A stretch of 64,000 bases of DNA from Thermodesulfovibrionales bacterium (GCA_963715195.1 CAVQRT010000030.1:160001-224000); one strand, 5' to 3'. Shown: positions 30,928 to 41,446, counted from the first letter of the stretch. The notes: a model not told the origin generated them from the sequence alone. Made by a program: numbers and translations.

Positions 30928-32811
30928 ATGATAAGGGTCATTTCACGGGTTACGGTCCTTTTTTGTTTTGTAGCTTTGCTTATCTCATGTGGTAGCGACG
31001 GGAATGATAGAAAAGTCTTTCCCAAACCACCAGCAGGGGAGCTCTATGTTGCTAATTCTCTTCTGAATACAATTTCAGTCTTCGATGCATCACTGAAAGG
31101 CAACGTAAATCCATCAAGGACTTTTGGTGATTTGACAGGACTCAGTTCGCCAAGCGGTATCTTTTTTGATGCTACAAACAATGAAATTTTTGTATGCAAT
31201 CCGTTAAGGGACTCCATCACCGTATATGCAATGAGTGATAGTGGAAATGTGAATCCATTGAGAACCATCTCAGGACCATCAACAGGGTTAGACATCCCGC
31301 ATAGCCTTTCTGTTGATTCTATTAACAATGAAATCTTTGTGGCAAACATTAATAATTCAATCGCTGTATATCCGAGGAGTGCCAATGGGAATGTAGCTCC
31401 TCTGAGGACTATCGCCGGGGATTCAACAGGGCTAAGCGGACCAGGAGGTATAGCCATTGATACTCTTAATAATGAAGTGTTTGCGACAAATCTTGGTGCA
31501 GACGGTTCGGTTACGGTATATCCAAGGAATGCCAGTGGGAACGTGGCTCCTCTGCGAATGATTTCAGAAGATCTTACCGGTATTACATTTTCAACAGTGA
31601 TAACCGTGGATACATTTAATAATGAGATATTTGTTGGGAATGAAAAATCGGTCACGGTATATCCGAGGACTGCCAACGGCAATGCAGCTCCGCTGAGAAA
31701 ACTATCAGGGATTTCGACAGGTATAAATCGACCGAACGGTGTAGCAGTTGATCCTGTAAAAGATGAAATTTTTATCGCTGATTATACCAATAATACCATT
31801 GCTGTTTTTCCGAGGACGGCCAATGGAAATGCAACTCCGCTGAGAAAGATATCGGGGGATTCCACATGTCTGGATCAGCCAAATGGCCTGGCAATCGATT
31901 CACCTCGCAGTGAAATCCTTGTTTCAAATAGCCAAAATGACTCCATTACCTTTTATGCAATGACAGATAACGGGAATGTGGCCCCGCTCAGAGTTATATC
32001 AGGAACTACAGTTACAGGCTTAAACAGGCCAACCCAGGTCGCAATCGATTCTGTTCATAAAGAGATTTTTGTAGCAAATAGCAGAAATTATTCGATCACC
32101 GTCTTTCCTACGCTATCCGATGGAAATGTCATTCCACTGAGGACTATGGCTGGGACCGCAACCGGATTGCAAAATGGGCTCAATAACATAGCTGTTGATG
32201 CTGTGAACAATGAGATTTTTTCGGCAAATTATGGCAATAAATCAGTTACGGTATATTCAAGGAATGGGAATGGAAATATAGCTCCGCTGAGGACAATCTC
32301 CGGGACAGTGACCGGACTCATCGGACCGCAAAGTGTAGCTGTTGATGCTGTGAACAATGAGGTCTTCGTAATGAATTATCAACCTTCCCCCTCCCCGATT
32401 GGACAACCGATCATTACTATCACTGTTTTTGCGAGGACTGCTGATGAAAATGTGGCTCCATTGAGAACGATTGCGGGTAGTGCTACAGGATTACGTGGAG
32501 CGGACGGAATAGCAATTGATACTGAACTGAATGAAATTTTTATAGCAAATAACGACTCCATCTCTGTTTTTTCAAGAACCGCTGCAGGGAATGTCTCCCC
32601 CTTGAGGACAATTTCAGGAAGCTCAACCGGCTTGCGAGGGGCAAATGGCATAGCAATTGATCATGCAAGAAATGAGATCTATGTAGAAAATATTGATTGT
32701 ATCGCCGTTTTTTTAAGAACAGCTGATGGGAATACTGCCCCCCTGAGAACGATTGCGGGTAGTGCTACAAATCTAATTTTTTCAAGTGGTTTAGCACTCG
32801 AAACCCGATGA
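30928..32811 (+). CDS. Lipoprotein with 12 NHL-like beta-propeller repeats
   Basis: Lipobox LISC; 12 repeats of about 48 aa with consensus NEIFVAN..SITVYPRTANGNVAPLRTISG.STGL..P.GIAID. Confidence 0.85.
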   Translation: MIRVISRVTVLFCFVALLISCGSDGNDRKVFPKPPAGELYVANSLLNTISVFDASLKGNVNPSRTFGDLTGLSSPSGIFFDATNNEIFVCNPLRDSITVYAMSDSGNVNPLRTISGPSTGLDIPHSLSVDSINNEIFVANINNSIAVYPRSANGNVAPLRTIAGDSTGLSGPGGIAIDTLNNEVFATNLGADGSVTVYPRNASGNVAPLRMISEDLTGITFSTVITVDTFNNEIFVGNEKSVTVYPRTANGNAAPLRKLSGISTGINRPNGVAVDPVKDEIFIADYTNNTIAVFPRTANGNATPLRKISGDSTCLDQPNGLAIDSPRSEILVSNSQNDSITFYAMTDNGNVAPLRVISGTTVTGLNRPTQVAIDSVHKEIFVANSRNYSITVFPTLSDGNVIPLRTMAGTATGLQNGLNNIAVDAVNNEIFSANYGNKSVTVYSRNGNGNIAPLRTISGTVTGLIGPQSVAVDAVNNEVFVMNYQPSPSPIGQPIITITVFARTADENVAPLRTIAGSATGLRGADGIAIDTELNEIFIANNDSISVFSRTAAGNVSPLRTISGSSTGLRGANGIAIDHARNEIYVENIDCIAVFLRTADGNTAPLRTIAGSATNLIFSSGLALETR

Positions 32812-32925
32812 GAAACAGAGTAATTAAAAAGGCATGCTGCAGTATCTTTCAAAAAAAATTGTGTAAGAGGTTACATCTCTATATCAAGATGGAGAAACAA
32901 ACTAGCAATACTCAAGGAGGAAAGA

Positions 32926-33456
32926 ATGACTCAGTGGATTATTGATCCTGATCATTCGGTGGCTGCATTTGTTGTCAGGCACATGATGGTTGCTAATGTG
33001 AGAGGGCAGTTTAACAGAATTAGCGGAACGATTGCCTTTGATCCGGATAATATAGCCGGGTCTTCTGTTGATGTTGGGATCGATGCCCATGGAATTTATA
33101 CCGGCATTCAAAAAAGGGACGATCATCTTCGCAGTCCTGATTTTCTTGATGTGGAACAATACCCTCATATCAAATTCAAGAGCACAAATGTTGAAGGTAC
33201 CGGAGACAATCGGTTCAGAATCGCAGGTGATCTTACTATTCGTGGAATTACAAAAAAAGTGATACTTCTGGCGGAGGTTGCAGGGCCGGAAAACAGCCCT
33301 TACGGTGAGACCAGCATCGGGTTTGCGGCGAGTGGATCACTTGACCGTGAAGATTATAACATTATGTGGAATGTGCCTCTTGGGAGCGGAGGGGTAATGG
33401 TAGGGAAAGAAATAACGATCGCCATTGACATAGAAGCAGATAGCCTAGAGAAATAA
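32926..33456 (+). CDS. YceI-family polyisoprenoid-binding protein
   Basis: WIIDPDHS..F.VRHMM, RDDHLRSPDFLD, GDLTIRG. Confidence 0.92.
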   Translation: MTQWIIDPDHSVAAFVVRHMMVANVRGQFNRISGTIAFDPDNIAGSSVDVGIDAHGIYTGIQKRDDHLRSPDFLDVEQYPHIKFKSTNVEGTGDNRFRIAGDLTIRGITKKVILLAEVAGPENSPYGETSIGFAASGSLDREDYNIMWNVPLGSGGVMVGKEITIAIDIEADSLEK

Positions 33457-33485
33457 ACTGCTAACACATTGATAATAAAAAGAAA

Positions 33486-34025
33486 TCATGAAATTTTATT
33501 CTTGCCCGGCTGGCACTTGATACCCTCAAAGGCATAAATAATTCTTCTCTCCATTTCCTTGCGTTTTTCCGGAAACGGAATTTTTTGAAAATTCTTTATC
33601 AGTATAGTAGCCTCATGGCGTGTAGGAAGATTCTGAACTGGTACTTGAGTAAAGGAATTGCTTATGATATCAAATATTTTTGCTTTTTCACCGTCAGTAA
33701 TTACTGCATAGGGTATTTGATAATCCATAATTGCCCGAGCGAACGCAATGACATATCTCTCCCATGACTCGATCCCTGACGGGACACACCGGATTACCAT
33801 AAAGCCCGTTCCCTCAAGAGTAATCATAAAGTCGATACCTGCTGTAGCTTCTCCTGTACTCAATATTACTCTGAACTGCGGATCGATTTGTATTTCCTCC
33901 GGATGAAAACCTTTATCTTCAGTTAGAATCTCGTACAGAACCCGTTGAACACCCCGAAGCTGCATCCTCTCAATGAATTCCTTTTCAGCAATCTTCTCCT
34001 GGATTAATTTTTCACGATCTTCCAT
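33486..34025 (-). CDS. Stand-alone type I restriction HsdR N-terminal-like (PD-(D/E)xK fold) protein
   Basis: KGFHPEEI, ID...VIRC, YAVITDG pattern; ATG at 34025. Confidence 0.6.
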   Translation of the reverse strand: MEDREKLIQEKIAEKEFIERMQLRGVQRVLYEILTEDKGFHPEEIQIDPQFRVILSTGEATAGIDFMITLEGTGFMVIRCVPSGIESWERYVIAFARAIMDYQIPYAVITDGEKAKIFDIISNSFTQVPVQNLPTRHEATILIKNFQKIPFPEKRKEMERRIIYAFEGIKCQPGKNKIS

Positions 34026-34092
34026 GTCGTAACCCCGCTTTTGGTTACATTTTATAATGATATGGTAAGTCATATCAAGATTCTTTCTATAT

Positions 34093-34108
34093 TGTTCCAC
34101 GTGGAACA
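34093..34108. promoter_or_regulatory. parS site 1 (ParB-binding centromere)
   Basis: TGTTCCACGTGGAACA is a perfect match to the canonical 16-bp parS; the palindrome extends to 22 bp (34090-34111). Confidence 0.9.
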
Positions 34109-34341
34109 ATAATAGAACTTGAAAATGGATTTTATTAAGAAAGAGGCGGGCAGATATGTGGGAAAAACCTCTCATGAGCAGAATTTATGATATTAAGATT
34201 GCAAATTGTAGTGAATGAATAAATGTAGCTTGTTCTGTTTATCAGCCGCCTGCGAAGATGCTGCATGAGAGCTTTCCCTCATATCTGCCTGCCGTAAACT
34301 GCATTTTTCGAGTCAAATATCCGTATGCTGATAGATGACAT

Positions 34342-34357
34342 TGTTCCACGTGGAACA
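34342..34357. promoter_or_regulatory. parS site 2
   Basis: Second identical TGTTCCACGTGGAACA, 249 bp from site 1. Confidence 0.9.
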
Positions 34358-34406
34358 GGTCTGACGTAAGAGAACGGTATTAGATCGGAATCGTGCAAGA
34401 ATTATC

Positions 34407-34435
34407 TTGTCTGCACGGTATTCATATTGTATAGT
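34407..34435 (+). promoter_or_regulatory. Candidate sigma70 promoter of smc
   Basis: TTGTCT-n17-TATAGT ending 9 nt before ATG 34445. Confidence 0.5.
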
Positions 34436-34444
34436 ATTTGGGAA

Positions 34445-37400
34445 ATGCGAATAGATAAAATCGAATTAATAGGGTTTAAATCCTTTACGGACAGGACAAC
34501 ATTTCATTTTCATCCCGGGATCACCTGCATAGTCGGTCCGAACGGATGCGGAAAAAGCAATATTGTTGATGCATTCCGATGGGTCCTTGGAGAACAAAGT
34601 GCAAAGAGCCTGAGGGGTGAAAAAATGGAGGAGGTTATTTTTAATGGTTCTGCTTCAAAGAAACCCAAAGGAATGGCTGAAGTCACCATTTTTTTATCCG
34701 GAATAAACAATTCACCGGAATCTGACACAACCAGAGAGGTCTCTGAAGCTTCAACAGACACCGTATCGGTTACAAGACGCCTTTACCGGTCCGGTGACAG
34801 CGAGTACATGCTCAACAAGAGTCAATGCAGGTTAAAGGACATAAAAGACCTTTTCCTTGATACAGGGCTAGAGGTGAAAAGCTACTCTATCCTTGAGCAG
34901 GACAGAATAGCCGAAATTCTGAATGCGAAGCCTCTGGAAAGGCGGTTCTTAATAGAAGAAGTAGCTGGTGTTATGAAGTACAATGTGAGAAAGAAAGAGG
35001 CCATATCCAAGCTTGAATCTTCGAGAGCAAATCTTCAGAGGATAAACGATATTATTACAGAGGTGAAAAAACAGATCAGTTTTCTCGACCGTCTCGTGAA
35101 AAAAGCCGAGAGATATAAGAAGCTTATATCCGAAATTCATGCCATAGAACTAAAAATAGCAAAACGGGATTATCTGTTTCTCAAAAATTCATTTCAGGAT
35201 ATTACTACTGAACATAACGCCCTAAAAGAACAGGAAACAGAGAAAAAGGCCGGCCTTTCAAAAATTGAGAATGATATTGAGACAAAAAAACTGAAACTCC
35301 TCGAAAAAGAGAAGATTTTGGAACAAGTTCAGACTACGTTTTTTAATCTCGAAAAAGAGATAGCTGCATTGGAAAAAACTATTGCCGTAGCAAGGACAGA
35401 AAGAGACAATTTCAAAGAATATCTTATAAAACTCCGTAACCAGGACGAAGAATATACAAAAAAAGAAGAAGATTGTACGCTCCGGAGATCAGAATTAGAA
35501 AGGATCGAGAGAGAACTCGCGGAATCTGTAGAGAGACAGGAAGAGCTGCTTGCTGATAAATCTGAGCATATGCGCACACTTGAAGATGAGTTGATGGAGA
35601 CCGAAGACCTGCTTGAGGGAAAGAGACGGGATGTTTTCAAGATTTCAGAGGAACTCAGTATGCTGAGAAATGTACAGAGCAGACAGCAGACCGCTCTTGA
35701 GGGTTTGAGCCACAGGGAAGAGACGGCGAAAAAAGATACCGAGAATGTCAAGAAAGTACTTTCGGATCTGGATTTCTCCTTAAGTGAGATGGATTCAAAT
35801 CTGCTCGTAAAAAATAATGATATTCTGCTTCTGAAAGATCAAAAAACTACAAAATTCAATGAATTATCCGCCGAAAAGGACAGAGTCGAGCAACTTCGGG
35901 AAAAACTGGCTAATCGTAAAGAAGACCTTGCCTCATACAATACCAGAATCGAGTCACTCAATGAGGTTATTTTTGATGGGACGACAAAAGAATTCCTGAC
36001 CGGCGATTTCGATTTTCAGCTCATAGCGTCTCTGGCAGATATATTCGAGATAGAACACGAGTATGAAAAGGCAATAGAAAGTGTACTTTCGGAAAAAGTG
36101 AATTCGTTTATTCTTTCATCCTATGACGATATCGAAAATGCAGTGATGCGATTAAAAGAAAAAGGCTTGGGAAGAACTTCTTTTATCCCTGTTCATCCCC
36201 CTTCACAAGGTTTCAATGCAGATGCTCCAGAGGATGTGATGGGAAAAGCTCTTGATTTTGTTAGAACGAAAGAAGAATTTCTGAATATTGCACAAAATAT
36301 TTTGGCGAATGTTTTTATTGTGAAAGACATTAGGACCGGGCTCCGGTTAATTTCCTCAGGCCATCGATCATTATATGTAACACGCGAGGGGGAGGTTATT
36401 GAACCATCCGGCGCCGTTATCGCGGGAGAAATAAAAGGCGTATTTAAGAGAAAACGGGAGATCCGGGAGATTGAAAGCGCGCGAGAGGAGACCAGGACCA
36501 AAATTCATCAACTACAGACCTCTTTGACTGCAGGCCAGCAGGGCATTGAATCAAAAGAGGTAGAGCTAAAAAATATCGAGACAGCCATAACTGATAAAGA
36601 AAAAGAGATTTCAATTATGAAGCTTACATCAGAAAACTACAGGGAAGAGAAAGAGAGAAGGAGCAGGAAACTGGCTTACCTTTCTCTCGAGATTGAGCAG
36701 ATAGCAAGGGAAAAGGCATCTGTCGAAAAGCTTCTGAATGAGAAGGAAGAGGAAATTCGTTTAGTCGAATCAAAAAAAGCGGGTACTGAACGGAGTGGCT
36801 CATCTTTGCAGGAGGAAATTTCCCGGAAGAGATTGAACCTTGATGAATACCGGTCAGAAGTAACCGATATACGGCTTGCAATTACCTCTTTCAGGGAAAG
36901 GTTGGAGGCTGTTAGCAAGGAAAAAGAGAACATTTCCAGGGAACTGGATGAAAACAAACAGAAAATGGCTTTTCTTGCTGAGGAAGTATCATCAACAAAG
37001 ATACGCATACAGCATCGTGAGGAAGAAACGGCTGAAATAGAATTACAAATCAAAGGGTTGGTTGCGGAGGCAGACAGGTACAAAAAAGACGTTTCAGAGC
37101 GAAAGGAAGTAATCGATGCCGAAAATGAAGAACTGTTAACTGCAGATCATGAGCTGAAAGAGATCAGAAAAGAGGTCGAATCTCTGTCGACAAGGATTGC
37201 TGAACTCGAGATACAGAAAGCTGAGCATAACGTGAAGATGGAAACCCTGCGGGAACAGATCTATCAAAATTATGGATTAGCCATAGATACTCTTGAAACG
37301 GAACCACTGACTGCTGAAGATGAAGAAAGACTTGTTGATCTCAGATCAAAAATCAATGAACTCGGGCAGGTCAATATCGGGACCATTGAGGAATATGAGG

Positions 37401-37960
37401 AGCTGCGTTCGCGGTATGAATTTCTCAAAAATCAACAGGAAGATCTGGATAAGTCCATAGCCGAACTTGAAGAGGCAATAGCAAAGATCAATGTGACAAC
37501 CAGGAAAAAACTCAGAGAGGCTTTTGAAGCCCTAAGGACCAAATTTGCGGAGGTTTTTGAGTCACTTTTCTCCGGCGGGAGGGCGGAACTGGTCATGACT
37601 GATGAGAATAATATCCTTGAGACAGGAATTGATATCATTGCCCAGCCTCCCGGAAAGAGGCTGCAGAATATCAATCTCCTGTCAGGGGGCGAAAAAACGC
37701 TTACAGCACTCTCGTTGCTCTTTGCAAGCTTTCTCATTAAACCGACCCCTCTCTGCATTCTCGATGAAGCAGACTCGGCACTGGATGAGGTAAATACTGA
37801 TAAATTTTCGAATATGGTGAAGGATTTTTCGAAGGGCACCCAGTTTATTGTTGTTACCCATAACAGAAACACCATGGGGGTTGCGGATTATATTTACGGG
37901 ATCACGATGGAAGAAGCAGGGGTATCAAAAGTTATTTCAATGCAGCTTGTTGAAGCGTAA
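34445..37960 (+). CDS. smc: Chromosome segregation protein SMC
   Basis: GFKSF, VGPNGCGKSN Walker A, coiled coils with hinge GRTSFIP, LSGGE signature, ILDEADSALD, VTH. Confidence 0.97.
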   Translation: MRIDKIELIGFKSFTDRTTFHFHPGITCIVGPNGCGKSNIVDAFRWVLGEQSAKSLRGEKMEEVIFNGSASKKPKGMAEVTIFLSGINNSPESDTTREVSEASTDTVSVTRRLYRSGDSEYMLNKSQCRLKDIKDLFLDTGLEVKSYSILEQDRIAEILNAKPLERRFLIEEVAGVMKYNVRKKEAISKLESSRANLQRINDIITEVKKQISFLDRLVKKAERYKKLISEIHAIELKIAKRDYLFLKNSFQDITTEHNALKEQETEKKAGLSKIENDIETKKLKLLEKEKILEQVQTTFFNLEKEIAALEKTIAVARTERDNFKEYLIKLRNQDEEYTKKEEDCTLRRSELERIERELAESVERQEELLADKSEHMRTLEDELMETEDLLEGKRRDVFKISEELSMLRNVQSRQQTALEGLSHREETAKKDTENVKKVLSDLDFSLSEMDSNLLVKNNDILLLKDQKTTKFNELSAEKDRVEQLREKLANRKEDLASYNTRIESLNEVIFDGTTKEFLTGDFDFQLIASLADIFEIEHEYEKAIESVLSEKVNSFILSSYDDIENAVMRLKEKGLGRTSFIPVHPPSQGFNADAPEDVMGKALDFVRTKEEFLNIAQNILANVFIVKDIRTGLRLISSGHRSLYVTREGEVIEPSGAVIAGEIKGVFKRKREIREIESAREETRTKIHQLQTSLTAGQQGIESKEVELKNIETAITDKEKEISIMKLTSENYREEKERRSRKLAYLSLEIEQIAREKASVEKLLNEKEEEIRLVESKKAGTERSGSSLQEEISRKRLNLDEYRSEVTDIRLAITSFRERLEAVSKEKENISRELDENKQKMAFLAEEVSSTKIRIQHREEETAEIELQIKGLVAEADRYKKDVSERKEVIDAENEELLTADHELKEIRKEVESLSTRIAELEIQKAEHNVKMETLREQIYQNYGLAIDTLETEPLTAEDEERLVDLRSKINELGQVNIGTIEEYEELRSRYEFLKNQQEDLDKSIAELEEAIAKINVTTRKKLREAFEALRTKFAEVFESLFSGGRAELVMTDENNILETGIDIIAQPPGKRLQNINLLSGGEKTLTALSLLFASFLIKPTPLCILDEADSALDEVNTDKFSNMVKDFSKGTQFIVVTHNRNTMGVADYIYGITMEEAGVSKVISMQLVEA

Positions 37961-38049
37961 TAACCAATCTTCTCTTTTCAGATATCTTCCTACTCGTATA
38001 AAATAAACAGATACGCGGCAAGAGTTTATTTGGTTTGTTTTGAGATATT

Positions 38050-39426
38050 ATGGTGACCATCCCAATAAATATAGCCCGGATTGGAGACCGGCTTCCGGAT
38101 ATAGCATTTTCTACCGCTCCCGAGGACCTCATTTGCTACGGCTTTGATGCATCTGGAATTGAGATTTGCCCGTCTGCTGTCGTCTGGCCTCGCACAACAG
38201 AAGATGTTGTTAGGGTAATGAAATACGCCTGCGAACATGAAATCCCCGTTGTTCCCAGGGGGGCCGGGACAGGAGTGACAGCAGGAGCAACACCGTCAAA
38301 AGGTTCAATTGTCTTGAGTTTTGAAAAAATGAAGAAAATCATAGAGATAGACGCTCAGAACCTGAACGTTCTCTGTGAACCCGGGGTTATAAACGGGAGA
38401 CTCCAGCGCGAGCTTGAATGGAACGGGCTCTTTTATCCGCCTGACCCTGCGAGCATGAATTTCTGCACGATCGGCGGTAATGTTGCAGAAAATGCAGGAG
38501 GACCAAGGGCTCTGAAATACGGTGTTACGAGAGATTATGTCATGGAAATAGAGGCTGTTCTGCCAGATGGTGAAGTAATGACAACGGGGGTTAAAACGAC
38601 CAAGGGAGTCGTAGGATATGATCTGACACGATTATTGACAGGATCAGAAGGCACCCTGGCTGTTTTTACGAAAATCCGTCTCAAAATTCTTCCCCTGCCC
38701 GAAGATGTTGTCACCTTGCTTGCCGTTTTTACGGGCCTTGAATCAGCGGGTGATGCAGTGACAAACATTATTGCTTCTAAAATCATCCCGAGAACTTTAG
38801 AATTCATGGACCGAAAAGCGATTGAAGCAGTCGAAACATATAGGCCCATAGGGCTTCCAACAGATGCAGAGGCTTTACTTCTTATAGAGCTGGACGGTCA
38901 GCCGTCCGCGATTACACGGGAGGCAGAAAAGATAGTTGATCTCTGTGCAGGGCTCGGAGCAGAAATCAATATGGCAAAAGATGAATTTGCCAAGAACAAC
39001 CTGTGGGCATCACGGCGTGCTGTGTCTCCCGCCCTCTATCATGTTAAGCCAACGAAAATAAATGAAGATATTGTAGTTCCGCGCAACAGGATAACAGAAA
39101 TGCTCAGGCATCTGAGAGGGCTCTCTGAAAAGAGCGGAATTACCATCGTGAACTTTGGCCATGCCGGAGACGGGAATATCCATGTGAATATTATGGTTGA
39201 CAGGAATGATACAGAAGAATATCAGAAAGGTTCAGATCTCGTTGAGCAGATCTTCAGGAAAGCCCTTGAACTGGGCGGCACCATATCAGGAGAACACGGC
39301 ATCGGCCTGACGAAGGCAAAATACGTGAATATGGAACTTTCCAGACGCGAGGTGAAAGTCATGGAGTCCATAAAAAACGTTTTCGATCCCAAAAATATCC
39401 TCAATCCGGGCAAAATCTTCTCATGA
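38050..39426 (+). CDS. FAD-linked oxidase, GlcD-like (glycolate/D-lactate dehydrogenase subunit)
   Basis: PRGAGTG, PPDPAS, GGNVAENAGG, GHAGDGNIH, SGEHGIG, NPGK. Confidence 0.9.
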   Translation: MVTIPINIARIGDRLPDIAFSTAPEDLICYGFDASGIEICPSAVVWPRTTEDVVRVMKYACEHEIPVVPRGAGTGVTAGATPSKGSIVLSFEKMKKIIEIDAQNLNVLCEPGVINGRLQRELEWNGLFYPPDPASMNFCTIGGNVAENAGGPRALKYGVTRDYVMEIEAVLPDGEVMTTGVKTTKGVVGYDLTRLLTGSEGTLAVFTKIRLKILPLPEDVVTLLAVFTGLESAGDAVTNIIASKIIPRTLEFMDRKAIEAVETYRPIGLPTDAEALLLIELDGQPSAITREAEKIVDLCAGLGAEINMAKDEFAKNNLWASRRAVSPALYHVKPTKINEDIVVPRNRITEMLRHLRGLSEKSGITIVNFGHAGDGNIHVNIMVDRNDTEEYQKGSDLVEQIFRKALELGGTISGEHGIGLTKAKYVNMELSRREVKVMESIKNVFDPKNILNPGKIFS

Positions 39427-40310
39427 GAATTCTTCTACCCACAGACGGTTCTGAATATTCCGAAGCTGCTGCAAAATTTCTCCTCAGACTGAATCTGTCA
39501 TCTCATGACGAAATCTCCATCCTCCATGTTATCAGTGAAGAACCATTCCAAGACAGTGAAGATTATTACTCCAGGAGGATCCTGGAGGTTAAGCACACTA
39601 TCGCGCCCAGAATAATCGATAACCTGGTGAATATCCTGAAAGCAGGGCCTGCACAAATCAAAAAGGCTATCGTGCCCGGTTATCCTGATACCTGTATTAT
39701 CGATATGTCGATAAACCGAAATGCCGACCTGATTGTTATGGGTCCGAAAAGAGTAAAGGGAATCCGGTCGCACATTGTCGGCAGCATAACGAAATCAGTG
39801 TCTATCAATTCCACGAAACCGATACTCGTTATCAAACCGTCCGGTGACGGCATTTCCGACAGAATGAAAATCCTGTTCCCGACGGATGGCTCTGATTTTG
39901 CGCTGAAGGCCGGTGAACTATTAATGTCAATGCCCTTGCATGACACCACGGAAATAACCTTACTTCATGTAATCACACCTGCTTTTTACGACATTCCCGA
40001 GCAGTATATGTCGAAGATGGATACAGGAATGAAAAAAGATTTGAAAAGTCTGATGGATAAGGAATTCAGCGCATCCGACAATATTGTCGCACAGGCAGCA
40101 GATTACCTGCGCGGACGTTTCCCACATGTTCATTCGCTTATAAAGACGGGTGATCCTACGGATGAAATACTGGGGACAGCGTATGAATTGCAATCAGACA
40201 TTATTGTACTCGGCAGCAAGGGCATGGGAGGGTTCAGAGGAGTGATCGGCAGCATATCACGATATATCCTCAGTGTCGCCGAATGCTCTGTCCTGATAGG
40301 AAAAACGTAA
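39423..40310 (+). CDS. Universal stress protein, tandem USP domains
   Basis: Two ILxPTDGS starts; DLIVMG and DIIVLGSKG...GSIS. Confidence 0.9.
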   Translation: MRILLPTDGSEYSEAAAKFLLRLNLSSHDEISILHVISEEPFQDSEDYYSRRILEVKHTIAPRIIDNLVNILKAGPAQIKKAIVPGYPDTCIIDMSINRNADLIVMGPKRVKGIRSHIVGSITKSVSINSTKPILVIKPSGDGISDRMKILFPTDGSDFALKAGELLMSMPLHDTTEITLLHVITPAFYDIPEQYMSKMDTGMKKDLKSLMDKEFSASDNIVAQAADYLRGRFPHVHSLIKTGDPTDEILGTAYELQSDIIVLGSKGMGGFRGVIGSISRYILSVAECSVLIGKT

Positions 40311-40510
40311 AACATACAGTGCAGATATTGCCCGAAAAATTATGTGACTCACTGATTTGATGTAAATATCTATCATTGCTCTTTGAATAAAAATACGCAC
40401 GAAACTATTCTTTTAAGGTACATTATAGTATCGAATAATAATTTTTCTCGCACAATCTGCACGTTTAAAGTCAAATGTATTTTTTGGTTTAAGGTTATGG
40501 GGAAATCATT

Positions 40511-41446
40511 ATGGCAAGGGAAACGGTTCCGGGACCTGTGAAAATCGCTATACTCGGTGCGCCGGGCTGCGTGGGGCAGAGCCTGATCAGTAAGCTGCTC
40601 GAAAAGAAAGAGTACGCCGTCGTTGCTTCCTACAGGACTGAACATGAAATACCAAAAAATATCCGGAGCGACCGTCTTCTCTGGAAGCAGGTAAATCTTC
40701 TCGATCCGCTTAGTGCAGAGAACTTTTTCAGGGAAGCGGAGGTCTTAATCTATCTCATTCACTCCCTTGGCGCAAAGAATTTTGAAGAGCTTGATATCCA
40801 ATTGGCAAATGCAGCGGGAACTGCCGCACAGAAAACCGGAGTTAGGAAAATCATTTACCTTGGCGGGATTGTTCCCGAGGGGGAAAAGGTATCTGCCCAT
40901 TTAACGAGCAGAATGAAAACAGGCCAGGCGCTTGCATCTTATGGTATTCCTGTTGGAGAAGTTCGGGCGAGCATTCTTTTAGATACCTGCAGCGCATCAT
41001 ATCTTATCGTTTATTACCTTGCCAAACGGCTCCCGGTCATGATAACGCCGCTGTTGCTCAATTCTCTCTGCGCACCGATTTCACTCGATGATGCAGCGAG
41101 TTGTATTGAAGCCATGGTCAGGAGGAACATACAAGGACATGAGATTTTTGAAATAGGTTCCGACATTGTCCGTTACCGGGATCTCCTCTCTTTGTGCGGA
41201 AAGGCAATACGGGGAGTGAAAAGCGTCATCATTCCGGTCCCGCTGTTTGCCGTCCATCTGTCCTCGCTCTGGATAGAATTAGTCACCGGTATACCAAACA
41301 GTGTCGGGAGGGCACTTGCTGAAGGGCTGAAGACAAATACTGTTCCTTCGAGGAACCGGTTCAAAGAAGTTACGGGAAGAGACCCAATCCCGCTGGAAAC
41401 CGTCCTGCATCAGCTTGCAGAAAAGATGAAGAACAAGGCAGGATGA
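40511..41446 (+). CDS. Atypical SDR / NAD(P)H-binding protein (YbjT-like)
   Basis: GAPGCVG Rossmann motif, YLIHSL, IYLGG, SAHLTSR, LAEGL. Confidence 0.8.
   Translation: MARETVPGPVKIAILGAPGCVGQSLISKLLEKKEYAVVASYRTEHEIPKNIRSDRLLWKQVNLLDPLSAENFFREAEVLIYLIHSLGAKNFEELDIQLANAAGTAAQKTGVRKIIYLGGIVPEGEKVSAHLTSRMKTGQALASYGIPVGEVRASILLDTCSASYLIVYYLAKRLPVMITPLLLNSLCAPISLDDAASCIEAMVRRNIQGHEIFEIGSDIVRYRDLLSLCGKAIRGVKSVIIPVPLFAVHLSSLWIELVTGIPNSVGRALAEGLKTNTVPSRNRFKEVTGRDPIPLETVLHQLAEKMKNKAG

Noticed and set aside
34026..34175. N-terminal extension of the HsdR-N-like ORF
   Set aside because: It runs through AT-rich promoter DNA and parS1. ATG 34025 has a purine-rich SD-like sequence.
34110..34340. oriC between the parS sites
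   Set aside because: There is no cluster of TTATCCACA DnaA boxes; only one poor match is visible.
34445..37960. SMC as part of a Wadjet/MksBEF defence system
   Set aside because: It is a canonical full-length SMC with hinge, and no jetABD or mksEFG-like neighbours are present.
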